A stretch of DNA of 64,000 nucleotides, from contig NC_042998.1 in assembly GCF_006345805.1 (NCBI RefSeq), positions 84,072,001 through 84,136,000 of the forward strand, written 5' to 3'. Within the stretch, counting starts at the first letter, position 1, and the number at the start of each line of letters is the position of its first letter. The stretch is from Octopus sinensis (Eukaryota). The notes below the pieces were generated by a model. The model did no database searches. It was not told the origin of the DNA and was given only the letters and a program-made list of their open reading frames with translations. Positions 62,589-64,000 of the stretch are shown piece by piece. The translations under genes and the position numbers were made by a program.

Positions 62589-63637
62589 GTTAATAAAATA
62601 GAACATATGCATATATATAAACATATATGTACGTACCTACCTCTACACGTACATATACACGCCTCACCCTATATGTGTACAGGACACCAAAAAGACGTCG
62701 AACACATAGAGAGACGAAAAAACATAGACACAAACCAAGGAACAAGACAAGCAAAAAAGAGATACAGGACAATAAGCCAACGAAAAATCCCCTTCTTCAG
62801 TCGCTAAGGTTTCATCTCATAAACGTTTCGAAGGATAACAGCGAGACGTATACTTCGAAGAAAACTTCCTTCCTGCGAAAAGCAAATCAATTAAAATTCT
62901 GAGATCTTTTCGCAGAGGGGTAAAAAAGCAAGACGGTAACGACAGTACAACATATAAACAGTAAAAAATATATATAAACAGTGGAAAAATAAATATATAA
63001 CAGTGAGAGACAGGACAAGGAGAACAAGATAAGAAGGCTGTTAACGCCAGACGAAAAAGCATTGCAAACGCTGGATTATAGTGGACGACGAGAGAGAAAA
63101 ATTGTCGACCAGTAGCCTTAGAAGGCGGGCGAGAAAAGACAGGATAGCAGTTACGACGGAAGTATCGTCGCAGATGGACGACGGGAATGGGAGGAGGAGG
63201 AGCAAGAGGAAGAGAGAGAAGGGAATGGTGCGAGGAGACCATGAAGAATAGTGTGAAAGGGAGAGAGAGAATGAAGAATGAGAGAGAGAGGAAGAGACAA
63301 GTTAAGTGAGGGAAAAAAGACGAAAAAGGGAATGGGAGAGAAAGAAAGAAAGAAAGATGCAGAGTCGCGTGAGAGTTAATATCAAGGCTAACTTGATAAA
63401 CGAACAATCTTACTTAATGGGTTGCGTGCGTTTAGTCGTATATATGTTAATAAAAAGAACATATGCATATATATAACATATATGTACGTACCTACCTCTA
63501 CATGTACATATTACACGCATTATTGTGTACAGGACACCAAAAAGACGTCGAACACATAGAGAGACGAAAAACATAGACACAAACCAAGACAAGACAAGCA
63601 AAAAAAGAGATACAGGACAATAAGCACAACGAAAAAT
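62583..63637 (-). mobile_element. PLE-like terminal unit (~857-bp period) with ~200-bp direct repeats
   Basis: 62583-62788 repeated at 63440-63637; polypyrimidine tract on minus strand; remnant CUGAAGA-AGGGG...CGUU hammerhead. Confidence 0.5.
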
Positions 63638-63880
63638 ACCTTATATCTAATATGTGTGTGTATGTGTGTGTGGGTGTGTAGTCATAGATTTTCAACTATA
63701 ATCAGCTCAGCATAACCATTGTGAGAAATAGGGGGAGGGAGAGAAGGAGAGAGAAAGCTGTATAATAAGCCCCACCAACAAGCACACGCATGACCACACA
63801 TATGCATATGTACTTATATGTTGGTATATATATATATATATATAGAAGTATATAGATGCATTTCAATGTACAAATACGTA

Positions 63881-63928
<48 letters not shown>

Positions 63929-64000
63929 CACACATACACACATGCATAGATACATACACACATACAGACAGACATACATACACACATACACACACACACA

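Noticed and set aside
62817-63407. 196-aa minus-strand ORF
   Set aside because: Low-complexity F/L/S-rich translation of a polypyrimidine tract within a repeat; no domain recognised.
3421-63999. Dozens of ORFs rich in HT, CV, YI, MYVC and IIII
   Set aside because: They are translations of (CA)n, (TA)n, (CATA)n and (TAT)n microsatellites, not proteins.

Overview
AT-rich, microsatellite-dense eukaryotic genomic DNA with no supportable host gene. The tRNA-type SINE families, abundant Dong/R4-type LINEs and (TA)n/(CATA)n/(TAA)n tracts resemble an Octopus (cephalopod) genome (inference). Nearly all listed ORFs are microsatellite translations or decayed transposon fragments: Dong/R4, CR1 and RTE LINEs, Penelope-like elements (PLEs), DD37D/maT mariners, a TIR/TSD-intact Chapaev3-type element, Helitron/Helentron ends and MITEs. 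The main discovery is an RNA-level system. A 5-kb tandem array of a ~480-bp unit (23119-28104) carries a type I hammerhead ribozyme fold in every monomer (10 full copies) and flips orientation 6-7 nt from the predicted cleavage site. At least three other, sequence-unrelated ~455-480-bp hammerhead-bearing units sit next to (TA)n tracts (21188, 39288, 40083), and further minimal or variant-core hammerheads lie in PLE-type termini. This looks like a set of non-LTR retrozyme-like elements, possibly mobilised by PLEs into TA microsatellites. All folds were read by eye and no activity is demonstrated.
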